From Rebecca billardiae RCC1528 (taxonomy: Eukaryota > Protista > Haptophyta), in the NCBI GenBank assembly GCA_965240325.2, contig OZ251252.1, forward strand, positions 806,001 to 870,000: 64,000 bases of DNA, given 5' to 3'. A program made the position numbers and the translations under genes. Positions 32,920-44,776 of the stretch are shown in pieces (within the stretch, counting starts at the first letter, position 1; each line of letters starts with the position of its first letter). The notes beneath the pieces were generated by a model. That model was not told where the DNA came from and did not search any database. It saw nothing but the letters and a program-made list of their open reading frames with translations.

Positions 32920-34851
32920 TCATCGGCAGTGGGCGGCGGGGTCGGCGGCGTCGCGCATCAGGGCAGGAGGGCGCAGCGCAGGGACAAAATATTGAGTAAC
33001 GATGCGGATCACGGTCGCAACGCCGCTGGCCTCGCCAGGGCTGACATTGCTGGGCGTAGTGATGATGACGAGTGGCGCGGCGCAAGTGTTCTGCAGCAGA
33101 ACACTTACACCGCGCCACTCGTCATCATCACGCCCAATGACAGACCTGGCGAGGCCGGTGGCATTACAACTCACTTCTGCAGCAGCAGCAGAAAGCAGCG
33201 AGGCGCGCGCGCGTGATGCCGCGCACCCGGATCCAGTGGCGGCCACCTCCATGCTCAGCATCTGGCGCAGCACGCGCACGTGCGCGGGGTCGGCCACCTC
33301 CTCGGCCAGCTGCAGCTGCATGCGCATGTGCTGCACGCCGTCCTGGTGCTGCACGCGCTCGCTCTGCAGCTCGCTCTGCAGCCTCTCTCCCTTACGCTTG
33401 TGCACGTGCAGCTCCATCATGAGCTCGGCAATCATCGCATCTGCATCCATAAGTTTGCGGTGCTCTGCCTCGGCCGACTGCAGCTGCATGCGCAACTGCT
33501 GCACCTCGTCCAGGCGCTGCGCGCGCTCGCTCTGCAGCTCGCTCTGCAGCTTCTCCACCTCGCGCTTGTGCACATCCAGCTCCGTCATGAGTGCGTCGAT
33601 CGTCGCATCTGCCTCCATACGCCTGCGGTGCTCTGCCTGATCGTCAGGCTGATGCGCGAGCTGGACGGCGTGGACGCGCGCCTGCTGGTCCTGCTGCTGG
33701 TCAGCGCTGGCCACGAGCCGCGCGATGAGCACAGGCCCCTCCCTGTCGTGGGCAGTTTCGTCGTCAGCCGTCGGTGCCACCGAAGGCGCGTCGTGCATAG
33801 GCGCCGGCTCACTCTCATCCACGCGGGCCTCGACGTCTGCGCCAATGCAAGAGCCAGCAGGGTCTTCCGCGCGCGGCTGCGCGGGCTGCCGCTGCAATCG
33901 GTTGATGGGCTGCTCGGCACCAGCAGCGCGGTTATCGTCGTCGTCGTGCTGATGGAAACCCTGCCCTTCGTAGTCGGAGCCAGTGGTCCGCCCCGTGCCG
34001 GCGGCTGGCGGCAGTACGTCACCCCGTCGCGCGCGACTCGGCTTCCGACCACGCCGCTTGTAGAGCTTGTTGAGCTCGATCTCATCCTGCCTCGGAAAGT
34101 TGAGGCGCCTCTCGCCGACCTTGCCGCATTTGCGCACGAGATCATCGAACGCGCGCGCAGCTTCCTTTGCAGTCGCAAAGGAAGGGGTGCGCTCACATCC
34201 GAGCACGCCATACCACTGCGTCTGGCCGCGTTCGCGCTTCTCCGAGCGCACGCCCTCGGCGCACTCCAAATCTTGCTCGCGCTCCTCCGGCTTGGGAAAG
34301 TTGAGGCGCTTGACGCCAACGAGGCACTCCTTGCGCACGAGGTCGTCGTACGCGCTCGCCGCCTCCCCCTCCGTGGAAAAGGGGTCTCCGGGCGTGCTGT
34401 ACGTCTTGCCGTTGTGTTGAAAGCGTACGGCCCAGTGACCGCAGCGGTTGTCTACGCCGTGGAAGCAGTGGCGCTGGAGGGCGAAGGCCACTTGGTTGTC
34501 GTCATCACCGTCGTCGTCGTGGCAAGCGCCGAGTTGCAGCTCCCCTGCAGTAGCCGTCGGCGCAGCAGCTCGCGTGGCATGTCGGACGCCACTCTCCTGT
34601 ACTGGGCGGACGTCACTTGTGCCCGCGCTGGTCCTCTCGCGCGTCAGCATGCGCGGCTGGGCGCCGCTGGCATGAGGATGCCCATCAGCAGCCACGCGCA
34701 CGCGCTGCACACGGAGCTCGGCCGCGTCATCGGTGTGAGCATCGGCAGCGTCGGAGCGGGTGCGGCGGCCGAGGAGCTTGCCGTGCTCCACGCTGCGCGT
34801 GGGCGCCTGGCACGCCGCCTCCAGATCGCTGCTCTCCACAACACGCTGCAT
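32920..34851 (-). CDS. AP2/ERF-domain transcription-factor-like protein (2 AP2-like repeats plus coiled coil)
   Basis: FHGVDNRCGHWAVRFQHNGKTY...FSTEGEAASAYD...RLNFP and WYGV...FATAKEAARAFD...RLNFP match the AP2 pattern (GV..W....F.TAEEAARAYD...LNFP). Confidence 0.8.
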   Translation of the reverse strand: MQRVVESSDLEAACQAPTRSVEHGKLLGRRTRSDAADAHTDDAAELRVQRVRVAADGHPHASGAQPRMLTRERTSAGTSDVRPVQESGVRHATRAAAPTATAGELQLGACHDDDGDDDNQVAFALQRHCFHGVDNRCGHWAVRFQHNGKTYSTPGDPFSTEGEAASAYDDLVRKECLVGVKRLNFPKPEEREQDLECAEGVRSEKRERGQTQWYGVLGCERTPSFATAKEAARAFDDLVRKCGKVGERRLNFPRQDEIELNKLYKRRGRKPSRARRGDVLPPAAGTGRTTGSDYEGQGFHQHDDDDNRAAGAEQPINRLQRQPAQPRAEDPAGSCIGADVEARVDESEPAPMHDAPSVAPTADDETAHDREGPVLIARLVASADQQQDQQARVHAVQLAHQPDDQAEHRRRMEADATIDALMTELDVHKREVEKLQSELQSERAQRLDEVQQLRMQLQSAEAEHRKLMDADAMIAELMMELHVHKRKGERLQSELQSERVQHQDGVQHMRMQLQLAEEVADPAHVRVLRQMLSMEVAATGSGCAASRARASLLSAAAAEVSCNATGLARSVIGRDDDEWRGVSVLLQNTCAAPLVIITTPSNVSPGEASGVATVIRIVTQYFVPALRPPALMRDAADPAAHCR

Positions 34852-35939
34852 CCTGGGTTGGCGGAGTCGTCGGGCGGGCGGCGAGTGCGAGTGTCGCGGC
34901 GCAGCCGTGGCGGATGTGACTCTCTATGTAGTGACTCCATGTGAGTACTTGACGTAGTTGATATCGATGATGAGTTCCAAAGTACCTGATGAGCGGTTCC
35001 AATAATAAAGGACGACAGTTGACTAAGATCGAGACGCACACAGCTCAGGCAGGCGAGATTGAACAGTAGCGCGCGGCTCGACGACGCGGCCTCGGCGCGC
35101 CGAGAGGGCCACGAGAGGGCCTTCTCAATGCAGTTTCTACATTCGGCCCGAGGCGGCGGCCTACTATTCTGTAGTGGGATTCGATGAAGCAATTCTCGAC
35201 CGGTCGTAATTGCGTATGCGTTCTAATTCTTGGCACGAGGGAAGCAGCTCTTGAGCTCGTGAACGGTTGGAATCCATCGGGAAGCAGTGAGCTCGTGAGT
35301 TGGAATCCATCGTGGGAAACTCGATACACCTCTTTCCAGCAGTCTTTCCTGGCCCGGACGCGCTGTAAAATCGGACTACGGTGCGCCAGGTCTGAGGTCA
35401 ATAATTATACCGCCATTATTATTGATCTATACTGACGATCTACTATGTCACTATCACGATAGCTGTACGAGACACAGCTACCAGGGTCACCTCGCTCGAT
35501 AGCAGCGCTGTCATTATATATATATATAGTGATCTGAGGGCATCCGCTTCGGCCTTCACCGCACGCTCGGCTCTCTGCAGGCGGACGGACTACTGCTGCT
35601 GCTGTAGTTTTGCATGTCATCCGCCTTATTAGTAATAGTATACTGCTCGATCACTCCTGCTCAGCTGCTGAGATATCATCAGCCCCTGCTTATCCAGCAT
35701 GACGCAGCTGGTTCTCATTCTCAAGCGAGCGCATGTAGTTGAGCCGTGCCTGCACGCGCTCATCTCGGCGTCTGCAGATCGATCATCCGATGACGATCGA
35801 CCGCCGCCAATTATTCGATCGTCATCGATGGACGAGTGCGTAGTAGTATAGCCGCGTGTCGTCATGGATGGATCGAGCACCAGCCAGGGGGAGGCGGGGC
35901 GCGGCGCGCAACACCATGAGAATAATCAAGCAGGATGGA

Positions 35940-37622
35940 TTAATAGTACATCGCGGTCGCATTGCAGCCCACCAAGCCAGGCAATGGGATTGGCTGGCGC
36001 GTTGCATATGCATGCGCCGTGTACTGCGCAGGTTGCGAGGCGCGCACGCATGATGCCGCGCACCCGGATCCAGTGGCGGCCACCTCCATGCTCAGCATCT
36101 GGCGCAGCACGCGCACGTGCGCGGGGTCGGCCACCTCCTCGGCCAGCTGCAGCTGCATGCGCATGTGCTGCACGTCATCCTGGTGCTGCGCGCGCTCGCT
36201 CTGCAGCTCGCTCTGCAGCCTCTCCCCCTTACGCTTGTGCACGTGCAGCTCCATCATGAGCTCGGCGATCATCGCATCTGCATCCATAAGTTTGCGGTGC
36301 TCTGCCTCGGCCGACTGCAGCTGCATGCGCAACTGCTGCACCTCGTCCAGGCGCTGCGCGCGCTCGCTCTGCAGCTCGCTCTGCAGCTTCTCCACCTCGC
36401 GCGTGTGCACATCCAGCTCCGTCATGAGTGCGTCGATCGTCGCATCTGCCTCCATACGCCTGCGGTGCTCTGCCTGATCAGGCTGATGCGCGAGCTGGAC
36501 GGCGTCGGCGCGCGTCTGCTGGGTGGCGAGCAGGTTGGGCGACTCGCTGCCAGTGCCGTCGCCAGCTGCTGCGAGGGTTGCCGTAGCATGCGCGGTCGAG
36601 GGCAGGAGTGGCCCTGCCTCCCTGGCGCGCGTCTCGACGACTGCGCCGAAGCCAGAGTCAGCCGCAGGAGGCTCACTGCGCAGCGGCTGAACGGACTGCT
36701 GGCCGATGATGGGCAGGTCCGACATCGCAGCTGCGTCGAAGCACCCGGCCTGATGCTCATCGGCCATCGTACGCTGCTGCTCGGTCGTAGGATGGCAAGA
36801 GCGGAGCTGCTGTGTGTCGGCGGCGGCTTGCGTCGCAGGTCCCTCCGCCGCGCCACGCGGCGGCTTGCGTCCCGCGCGCTCGTTACGCTTGCGCTCGTGC
36901 CGCGTGTTGGGGAAGTTGAGCCGCTTGACGCCGACGAGTTGTGCTTCGCGCACGAGCGCGTCGTTGGCGAGCGCCGCTTCGGTTGCAGTCATGTAGTGAG
37001 ATAGCCTCGGGCGATACCGCACACCCAAGTGGCTAAACTCGCATCGCCATGGTCTGTCGACGTGCCGAGGGCGATTGTCCTTGTACACGTAGTGGAGCGT
37101 GCCGGATGGTGCCAGCTCGTCGTCATCTCGATGATGCGTTTGGGGAGCACCGGGTTCGACGCTAGTGGCGTGGACCCATGCGAGCGCGCCGAGCTGCCCG
37201 TACCCGCCTTGGCCCTCAGCGACTGCCTCGCCCTCGTCATCGCCGTCATCGTTGATGCCGTGACGAGAGCCGCGAGCAGCGCCGAGCTGCGGGATCACAC
37301 CAGTGGCGATCCGCTCAGCAGCTTGGGTGGCGAGGCGGAGGCCGCCCTCCTGCGTCGGGTCCATGCCATCGATGCCGCCCCCAGCCGCCTCGAGCGTCAT
37401 TGACCGCTGGCGGGCACTCTCGTGCTCGCCAGAAGCCACGCGCCGGCGGCGCGCACGGAACTCGGCCGCGTCCGCGAGAGGGGGGGCGGGCGCGCCGGCG
37501 CCGCGGTGGAGGACGAGCTTGTCGTGCTCCGAGCTGCGCTTCGGCTCGTCGGTGGTCGGCCGCTTCAGGTCAGACGACCGATCGCCTTGCGCACGCCCAT
37601 CGCTCTCTTCTCCACGCTCCAT
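35940..37622 (-). CDS. AP2/ERF-domain protein paralog (1 divergent AP2 domain plus coiled coil)
   Basis: YVYKD...PWRCEFSHLGVRY...YMTATEAALAND...KRLNFP; coiled-coil region nearly identical to the 32920 gene. Start inferred at MERGEESD. Confidence 0.75.
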   Translation of the reverse strand: MERGEESDGRAQGDRSSDLKRPTTDEPKRSSEHDKLVLHRGAGAPAPPLADAAEFRARRRRVASGEHESARQRSMTLEAAGGGIDGMDPTQEGGLRLATQAAERIATGVIPQLGAARGSRHGINDDGDDEGEAVAEGQGGYGQLGALAWVHATSVEPGAPQTHHRDDDELAPSGTLHYVYKDNRPRHVDRPWRCEFSHLGVRYRPRLSHYMTATEAALANDALVREAQLVGVKRLNFPNTRHERKRNERAGRKPPRGAAEGPATQAAADTQQLRSCHPTTEQQRTMADEHQAGCFDAAAMSDLPIIGQQSVQPLRSEPPAADSGFGAVVETRAREAGPLLPSTAHATATLAAAGDGTGSESPNLLATQQTRADAVQLAHQPDQAEHRRRMEADATIDALMTELDVHTREVEKLQSELQSERAQRLDEVQQLRMQLQSAEAEHRKLMDADAMIAELMMELHVHKRKGERLQSELQSERAQHQDDVQHMRMQLQLAEEVADPAHVRVLRQMLSMEVAATGSGCAASCVRASQPAQYTAHAYATRQPIPLPGLVGCNATAMYY

Positions 37623-38021
37623 GGCTCGCTCGCGGGCGGCGGCGCTGGCGCTTTTTCGACGACGGTGCGCCCCAATCGCGCGGGCGCGGCCGTGGTGTGT
37701 GGAACCGGTACGGGTTATTCGTCTGGAATCCGGGCGCCGCGCGCGCTGGGCTCGCGAATGCATGAGAATGCATGCTGCCTACGTACGACGATATTCAATC
37801 CAGCGCCAGATCGAAGCTGCGCGAATGCCCGGACGCCCGGCCGCCGCCATGCGATTCCCGACCGCGGCGCATGGGCAGTCAATCGTGGCCCTCCGGCTCG
37901 CGGTTCCAAGGGGACTCCCCTTGCTCGTTCGATCAGTGACTCATCAGAATTGATGCGCGGCAATAATCCCGCGCATACTAGGATCCAGCCCGACGAAAGT
38001 CAGCGCTATAATATATATATA

Positions 38022-41000
38022 TATATGGGTTGGCGCTGCGCGTCAACTTGGGCTGGAAACCTGTTTCTGAAACGCATGACGGCATGATCAGATGATGGCT
38101 CGCGGCCGGTACTGCCTGAGCTCGGAATTCCGACGCTGCCAACGGCGCCACAGGGGCGCAGCGGCGGGGCTGACGACGCGCGTGCGCCGACGTCTGACCA
38201 CGGAGTGCGCGCTGCAATGACTGACCCGTCTGCAGCACCACGCCCCGCGCGGTGAGTGAGAGTGTGGCCCGCGCCCAAGCGAGAACGCGGGCCGGGCGGC
38301 ACTCCGCCGACCTCGCCGGCCGCCGACCAGCCCGCGGCGCCGCCTGCTGCACACGCAGTCGCGCGCTCGCGCGTGGAGGGCGGACCTGCGCGTATGTATG
38401 CGCCCGCCGGGCTTGCCGCTTCATCCGCTGGCACCGCAGGCGAGCCGCTCGTCGCGCGCAGTGCAGGTCGAGCCCGCTCCGCCGCCACCGAGCCGGCGCC
38501 ACGCCTCGCGCTCGTGCTCGAGCTGAGGCGGCGCGTGTCGCCCGAGCCGGCGGGTTCGCGCGCGTGCGCGTGGTGGGCAGCCTCGCGCGTGCGCCCGCCG
38601 CGCGCCCCGCGTCGCTCGCTTGGCGCCGCACGCGACGTCAAGGGCGACCCTTGGAATGGCGTGGGCTCTCGCCTCTCGTCCTTCACGGGACGTCGTCGAC
38701 GCGAGGCCGCGCGAGGTTGCTCCGATGCTCGTAGTCCAATGCAAGATGATACCCGCGTGCCACTATCAGCGCGCCCTGCTTTCCCTCGTGAAATATCTAT
38801 GATAGCGAAAAAGTGACGGTTCGTGCGAATGTGAAGTGTGAACTACTGTGAACTCGCGAGTCGCGACACGACGAATAATTGGCCGATGCGATTCGCGCGA
38901 ATGTGAGTACGCAAAGCGCCGAACGACGAGCGGTTTTACATTGAACGACGAGCGGCTTTTGTCATATCGGGCGCATAAGCGGGTACGCGAATTGCGCTTA
39001 TGTGACCGACAGACGGGTGAGCCGGGCGTCAAAAAAAGGCCTGCGGCGGGCTGGTCCCCAGCGTGATGAAGTCGTGCCTTTGTTCTCACAGTGAACAAAA
39101 ACGGGATTATCGTTACCGTAACCCGTCCGACACGAGCCGATTTTCGGGGAATTTCTCGCGCGGGCCGCACGAGCGCACAGACGGCGCTACGGTGGTCGCG
39201 CAGGCGCCTGGCGAGTGCCCCGGGCATGGGACTGCAACATCCCACCCAGCCTCCCCATCCCTCCGCCCCTCTCTGCCTCGCCGGGTTGCACGCGGCTGGC
39301 CGGTCACGTAGCTCGTGGTGAGCCATTCGTGAGCGTGGAGCCCTGCTGCTCAGTGCGGCGATGCAGCGAGGCGAAGCGGCGCGTAAGATGGCGCATCTTA
39401 CTCCGAATGCAGTCTGCTACCAGCACAGCCGCCCTCGCCGGAGTGCCTGGTCGTCACCTTCGTCGTGTGCACGTGTCGCGCGCTGCCCATCAACGAGCGA
39501 TCGTAAGCCTTCTCCGGAGCCATTCAAACACGCTCGTCCTCGACGAGGCGTGCGCGAGGCACCACGCGAGCGCGGGAGCGGCCCTTCCTAGCGTAGACCT
39601 GCACGGCCATCCACCTCGCCACAGCCTGCCATGTCACATTCCTCCCCACACACACTGCTCGCGTGCCGCGTGCCGGCCGGTCGACTAGCCAGACAGAAGG
39701 GTGCACAGATATTTTCGACTGCGAGGAGACGGCGGCGAGCACAGGCGCGCAGCGCCGTCCCGCGCTTCATTGGGATGTTCTAGACCAGTCGCGCGCCCGC
39801 GGCACCGCACCCGCCCTCTCCGCGTCGCGTGCCACTCCACACCGCGCGCGTGGCTCTCGACGTGTACGTCGAGGCCATCTTGCGGCCGATTCGTACCCGC
39901 ATGTATTCAACAAATACGACAAATCGCCGAGCTGAACGCACCTCGTCGCGCGATGGCATGGTCGCGCTGTTGGACGTCGCTCGCCGCAGGAAATTCGGTA
40001 CGCGACGAGAGCACGGCGCACGCGCACGGCGCGGCGTGGGAGGCGGGGCGGTGGTGTCCTCGAGCCATCCCGCCCACGCCGCGGTGCGCCAGCCGCCACC
40101 TCGCCGCGCCGTGGCCCATGCCGCGCGGCAGGTGTCGACCAGACCGACCTTGCCGCCCAAAAGAGGGCCGCACCGGAAATTCTGTATTTGTTGAATACGG
40201 ACTTACCCATGTGCCCGCGGTGCGGCGGCGCCTGTGGCGGCGGCGCGGCCCGGCGGCGGCGGCGCGGGCAGCCTGACGGGCCAGATAGGGCGCGCCAGGT
40301 CGGGGCGATCGTGATGGGATGGTTCCATGCGCATCAGTGCGTGCTCCTGTGCATCTCAAGAGCGCGCTGGGCGCCCTCTCTCGCGCCTATGCCCATCCCA
40401 CGCGGTCTGAGAAGCCTCTGTTTGGACACCGTTGGCTGCGCGCTCGGTCGTGGCTGCCCGGCGGGTCGGAGAGGTCGAGGCGAGCCGGGTCGTTCGCGAC
40501 GGACGATGTCTATGGGTTATGGCGAGTGGCAGCACGCAGCTCGGGCGCGCGCCCGGCGCCTCCTCGCCGCGCTACATCCACACCAAGATCTGGCCCCAAA
40601 ACAGGCTTCAAGAGCGAAAGTCAGTCTGGGAGCTGCTCAGGCCGCTGTGTGCGGTTTGGCGGCGTACAAACTTGTGGAGCGGGTGCCCACATGGGTTGGG
40701 CACAATGCTACAGAACGTTTTTCCGCGAAACACCACTTCCTCGCCTCTCCGCGCGCGTGCCGCGCGGCCCCCGTGAACTCATCTCAACAGGTCACGTGTG
40801 GCCGCCCGTGGAGCGAGGGTGGGCGAGGAGGGGCGGGGGAGGGTGACGCCGCCCCAGGGAACCGCCTTGGCAAGCCGGCCGACGCCTCGCAGCCCCCCTC
40901 GCGGCAGTCATACGCGCACGCCCGCCGCTCGGAGCGCGCCATCGATTCGAATGGGCGTGCGCACGACCGACCATGCTCAAACGGCTTCCGGCCCGATCTT

Positions 41001-41145
41001 TCTCCACTGTGCGCGGCGCGAAGTGCCGCGAACGGGGCATGAAAAAAATTCCAGCGCATCCCCACTGGGCGGAAGTGCGGACGGGTTACGGTAACGCCGA
41101 AAATCGATTTCTTTACTGTGCTAGTGGGTTTCCAGGATAATTGCG
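38022..41145. mobile_element. ~1.1-kb dispersed repeat, copy 1 (interrupted by the 39087-41120 insertion)
   Basis: 38022-39086 plus 41121-41145 align to the reverse complement of 58228-59288; flanked on the left by a TA run. Confidence 0.75.
39087..41120. mobile_element. Non-autonomous CACAGT...ACTGTG transposon, 2-bp TSD CT
   Basis: Both ends read CACAGT, then a variable stretch to position 24, then the identical 19-mer CGTTACCGTAACCCGTCCG. Filled site is gttct[element]ctagtgggtttccag; the empty site gttctcgtgggtttccag is at 58238-58255 (- strand). Confidence 0.88.
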
Positions 41146-42105
41146 ACTAAGTAGACATCGTCACTGCTTATTATTGCTAGGACCAGTCGTTAAATCGTCA
41201 GCATAGAATGCGACGAGTAATCCGGACCTGCACCATCGCCCTCGACGCTCGGGGCACAGTAGGGCCATGCGACTGCGAGCCGCGCCACTACTACAGCGCA
41301 CTGGCGCAGGTGGATCCGCGCGCTCCAGAGTCCAGGCCGCAGCTGGCAAGGCAGCGCTCAAGGCAATCCGATCGCGGGCTCCGGCTTCGGTCCACCCCCC
41401 CAGTCCGGTCACTGGACCGTTACATCCCGTGACCGCTGCAATCAGGCGGGATCGCCGGCCTGTCGTCTGATCACTGATGATGATCGTCTACAAGTCCTAC
41501 TCCTAATCATTGGGAGGTGGTCGCAGGATGCGCGCCATTATATATTCTCGTCGTCGTTGAATTATGCGCGCTGCAGAAGTCAGCTGAAGTGCGCTCATTG
41601 ACAATCGGGGGTCGGAAGCGGGACTCTGCGCTGCATGGTCCGCTTGGTTGACTGGCGGCTCGGGGCCAAGACCAGGTGCATCTAATCAATACTAATCTCG
41701 TCCCGAGTAACGGTCGAGCACCCGCCTCCGCGCCAAAATAACCGCGGCCCTCGGCCTTGCAGGGATCGGACCCGCCGGCGGCGTTACTGGCCCTGGGGCC
41801 TAGTACTGGCAGGCCCACTGGCAGGGCTGACCTGATTAGAAGGCGGTGGGCGGTCGGAAGAGTAACGGCGCTGGGGGGTGACCAGTGGTGGTGCTGGTGG
41901 ACCGGAGCCGGAGCCCGCGATTTTAAAGAATCAGTCGCGATAGCTACAGCAGTAGTCAGAGCGTCGCCGACGAAGCGGCCGAGCACACGCGGACCGATAA
42001 GCGGTCGAGCACACGCAGCAGAAATGGATCCCATGTCGACTGATAGCGTCGGACGAAGCATGATGGTGAGGACGTCCGGGACGAAGCATGATGTCACTGG
42101 GTACA

Positions 42106-43706
42106 TCATGCTTCGTCCGACGCTGCCCTGACGCCTGCCGCGGGCTCGGCCGGCGACGGCGTGGCATCGGCCGTGCTCGCGGCGGTGCCGTCGGCACCGC
42201 TGGCGGCTGCCACGGCGTCTCCGCCGCCGGCAGTGCCAGGCGCATGCTGCCCGCCCGGCTGCGCGCCCGCGTCCGCGGCGGCGGGCTCGGGCGTCGCAGC
42301 CGGCGCGACACCGCCCCCGGCGGCGGCCGCATCGGCGCCGCTGTCGTGCCCCGACGCCGGCTGCTCGCTCGCCGCGCCCGCGCCCGCGGCGTCCCCGGAT
42401 GGCACGCCGCCGCCCTCGACTGCCGGCGCCGTCGCCTCGCCGCCCGCCACCGCGGCCTCGGTCGCCGCCGCCGCGCCCTCCGCCTGCGCCTCCGCCTCCG
42501 CGGTCTCGCCCTGCTCCGCCTCCGCGCCGCCCTCCTCCGCCTGCGACTGCTCGGCAGAGCCCTCCTCCACCTCCGCCTCGGCCTCCTCCTCCTCCTCCGC
42601 CTCCGCCTCCGCCTCCGCCAGCTCCTGCCCGCCTGCGTCCACCTCGGCCTCCACCACCTCCGCCTCCTCCGCGCCGCCCGCGCCCCCCGCCGCAGCCGCG
42701 CCGCGGCCGCGCTTACGGCGCGAGGCGACGCGCTTCGTGTTCTGGATGCCTGCCACACGGATGGGGGTGGAGTGGGTAGAGTGGGTAGAGTGGGTAGAGT
42801 GGGTAGAGTGGGTAAGTGGCGCGGGGCACGGCGATGGCCAGCAGCGGGCGGGTGCGAGCCGCGGGCGCGGCGGTGCGCGGCGCAGCGCCAATGGCCCCGC
42901 CCGGGCACACCGACGGCCCGCGGCGCCCACGTGTTCGCGCGCGCCGTTCACCCTAACCCTAGCCCTAACCCCAACCCTAACCCCGCGCGCGCACCGGTGG
43001 TGACGTGTTCGCGCACGCCCTTGCCAATCAGCTTGGCGACCTCAGCCGACGCGCCGACGACGTGGCCGATGGTCTTGAGGTGGTGCTTGAGGCCCTTGCG
43101 CACGGACGTGCCGTTCTCGGCGTGCACGCGCATCACGTCGTGCACGTGCATCAGGTGGCGCAGGTGCCGGTTCGAGAAGTCCTGCTCGGACACGTGCCTC
43201 GCGACGTGGCCGTGCACGTCGGTTGGGTCGCCTGCGTCCAGCATCGGCGACGCGAGGACGTGCTCGTGGACCTCGGCGGAGATCCACGGGCCGGCGATGT
43301 GGCCGAGCGCGTACGACAGGCAGCCCATCGCCACGACCATCGTCACCGCCGCGCGCAGCGCCGGGCCGGCGATGTCGACCGGGCTGCCCGCGACGTTGAG
43401 CGTCTGGGACGGCCGCCGCGACGAGCGCGCGTCGCTGGCGAGGCGGGCGGCGAAGGCGAGGCCCAGGACGAGGAGCGCGGGGAGGATCAGCCAGAGCGAC
43501 GTCGAGAGCAGCGCGAGCCCGCACGCGCCCACGCTCAGCAGCAGCTGCCGCGCCTGCTGCTTGCGCTCGCGCCGCTTCTTGTCGGAGAGATTAATCCAGT
43601 CGTCCGCAAGCTGGAGCTCGAGGTCGATCTCGATGAGCGCCGAGGCGCAGATCCAGCCGCACGCCGCGGCGAACCAGAGGAGCAGCACCGTGTGCGCGTT
43701 CACCAT
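42106..43706 (-). CDS. Membrane protein with His-rich segment and acidic Ala/Glu tail, 2 exons: 43706-42995, 42749-42106
   Basis: Signal-like N-terminus and several TM helices. A GT..AG intron (42994-42750) containing telomere-like and (gagtgggta)n repeats joins VTT-G-IQNTKR in frame. Confidence 0.65.
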
Positions 43707-43872
43707 GCTCGCGCGCGAGGGCGAGCGCCGCGACCGCCGCCGCCACGCGAAGCGCCCGCAGCCTGCCGCCGCCGATGGGCCGCGCTGCCGGCAACGTGAA
43801 TGCTCGCCAGCGCGCCGTGCGTCCGGTGGCGTCGGTCCGGCGCCCTCAGCTGGCCTCGCACGTGTGCGCAGC

Positions 43873-44325
43873 ATGTCCGCCTCGCAGCTGCTGCACCCGG
43901 CGCGCAACCCGCCCACGTCGGCGTACAACGCGGCGCTGCGGTACGCGGAGCGCGTCGCGTCGATCAGCGTGCGCGCGCACCACAAGGCGCTCGCCGACGA
44001 GGTCGCCGAGGCCATCCGGGTGGAGGCGCCCAAGTATGGCTGCCTGGCGAGCGGCGTCGTGCGCATGCCGACAGAGATCCACAGGTGGACGGTCAACCGC
44101 TCGGTGTTCGTGAACAAGAAGTCGCAGGAGGCGTTCGAGCGGCGGACGCACAAGCGCCTCGTCGACGTGTACGCCGTCGAGGGCTCCACGCCCGCCGGCC
44201 TCGTGCACGCGCTCATGGAGCGGCCGCCGCTCGGCACGCTCGTGAAGGTGCGCATGTTCTGGAGCGAGGAGTTCGAGCACACGCCCAGAGGGTCCCCGCT
44301 CGTGGGGCAGGACGAGGATGAGTGA
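43873..44325 (+). CDS. rps10: Ribosomal protein uS10 (bacterial-type, probably mitochondrial)
   Basis: GVVRMPTEIHRWTVNRSVFVNKKSQEAFERRTHKRLVDV matches uS10 (GP..LPT....TVLRSPH..KKSREQFE.RTHKRLID). Confidence 0.88.
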   Translation: MSASQLLHPARNPPTSAYNAALRYAERVASISVRAHHKALADEVAEAIRVEAPKYGCLASGVVRMPTEIHRWTVNRSVFVNKKSQEAFERRTHKRLVDVYAVEGSTPAGLVHALMERPPLGTLVKVRMFWSEEFEHTPRGSPLVGQDEDE

Positions 44326-44776
44326 GGTGCGCACCGGCCGCGTGGGGTTCTGCTTGGCGCCGCCAGCCGCAGCATGCCGTCCCCGCCGCGCAATTAGGTT
44401 TACTTTCACTACTTATTTGGTCGCGCGCGCCTGCGGCCTGCCTGCCATTTTACGGGTCCGTCAACATCAACTCATCAGCATGAGTGCGTCGAAGGACTGA
44501 GTGCTTACACGGTGCCGAGGAGTGCGCGACGTGGATCGTGATGATGGCGACATCTAGGCACTAGACTCTGCTGTCTGCGTCACGCAATGCTCACAGACAC
44601 AGTCCCTGCAGACACCTCCGTCTCCGAAGACCGAACGACCACCAGCTGGCGGTCCGGTCGCGACGACGGAAAGCCTCACTGCGACACTGCTGGACCAAGG
44701 TCCCTTGGCTGGACTGCAGCGAGCACGGCCACGGCCTGCGATCGGCGGCCGAATCCTCATCGCCGCGCGCAGCGCG

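Noticed and set aside
34987-35020. Hammerhead ribozyme (CTGATGAG...GGACGA)
   Set aside because: The GAAA core is missing (GACA instead) and there are no convincing flanking stems.
39087-39103. True V(D)J RSS (CACAGTG plus ACAAAAAC) or RAG/Transib element
   Set aside because: The heptamer-nonamer spacer is 1 bp rather than 12 or 23, the other end lacks the nonamer, the TSD is 2 bp rather than 5, and there is no RAG1-like ORF.
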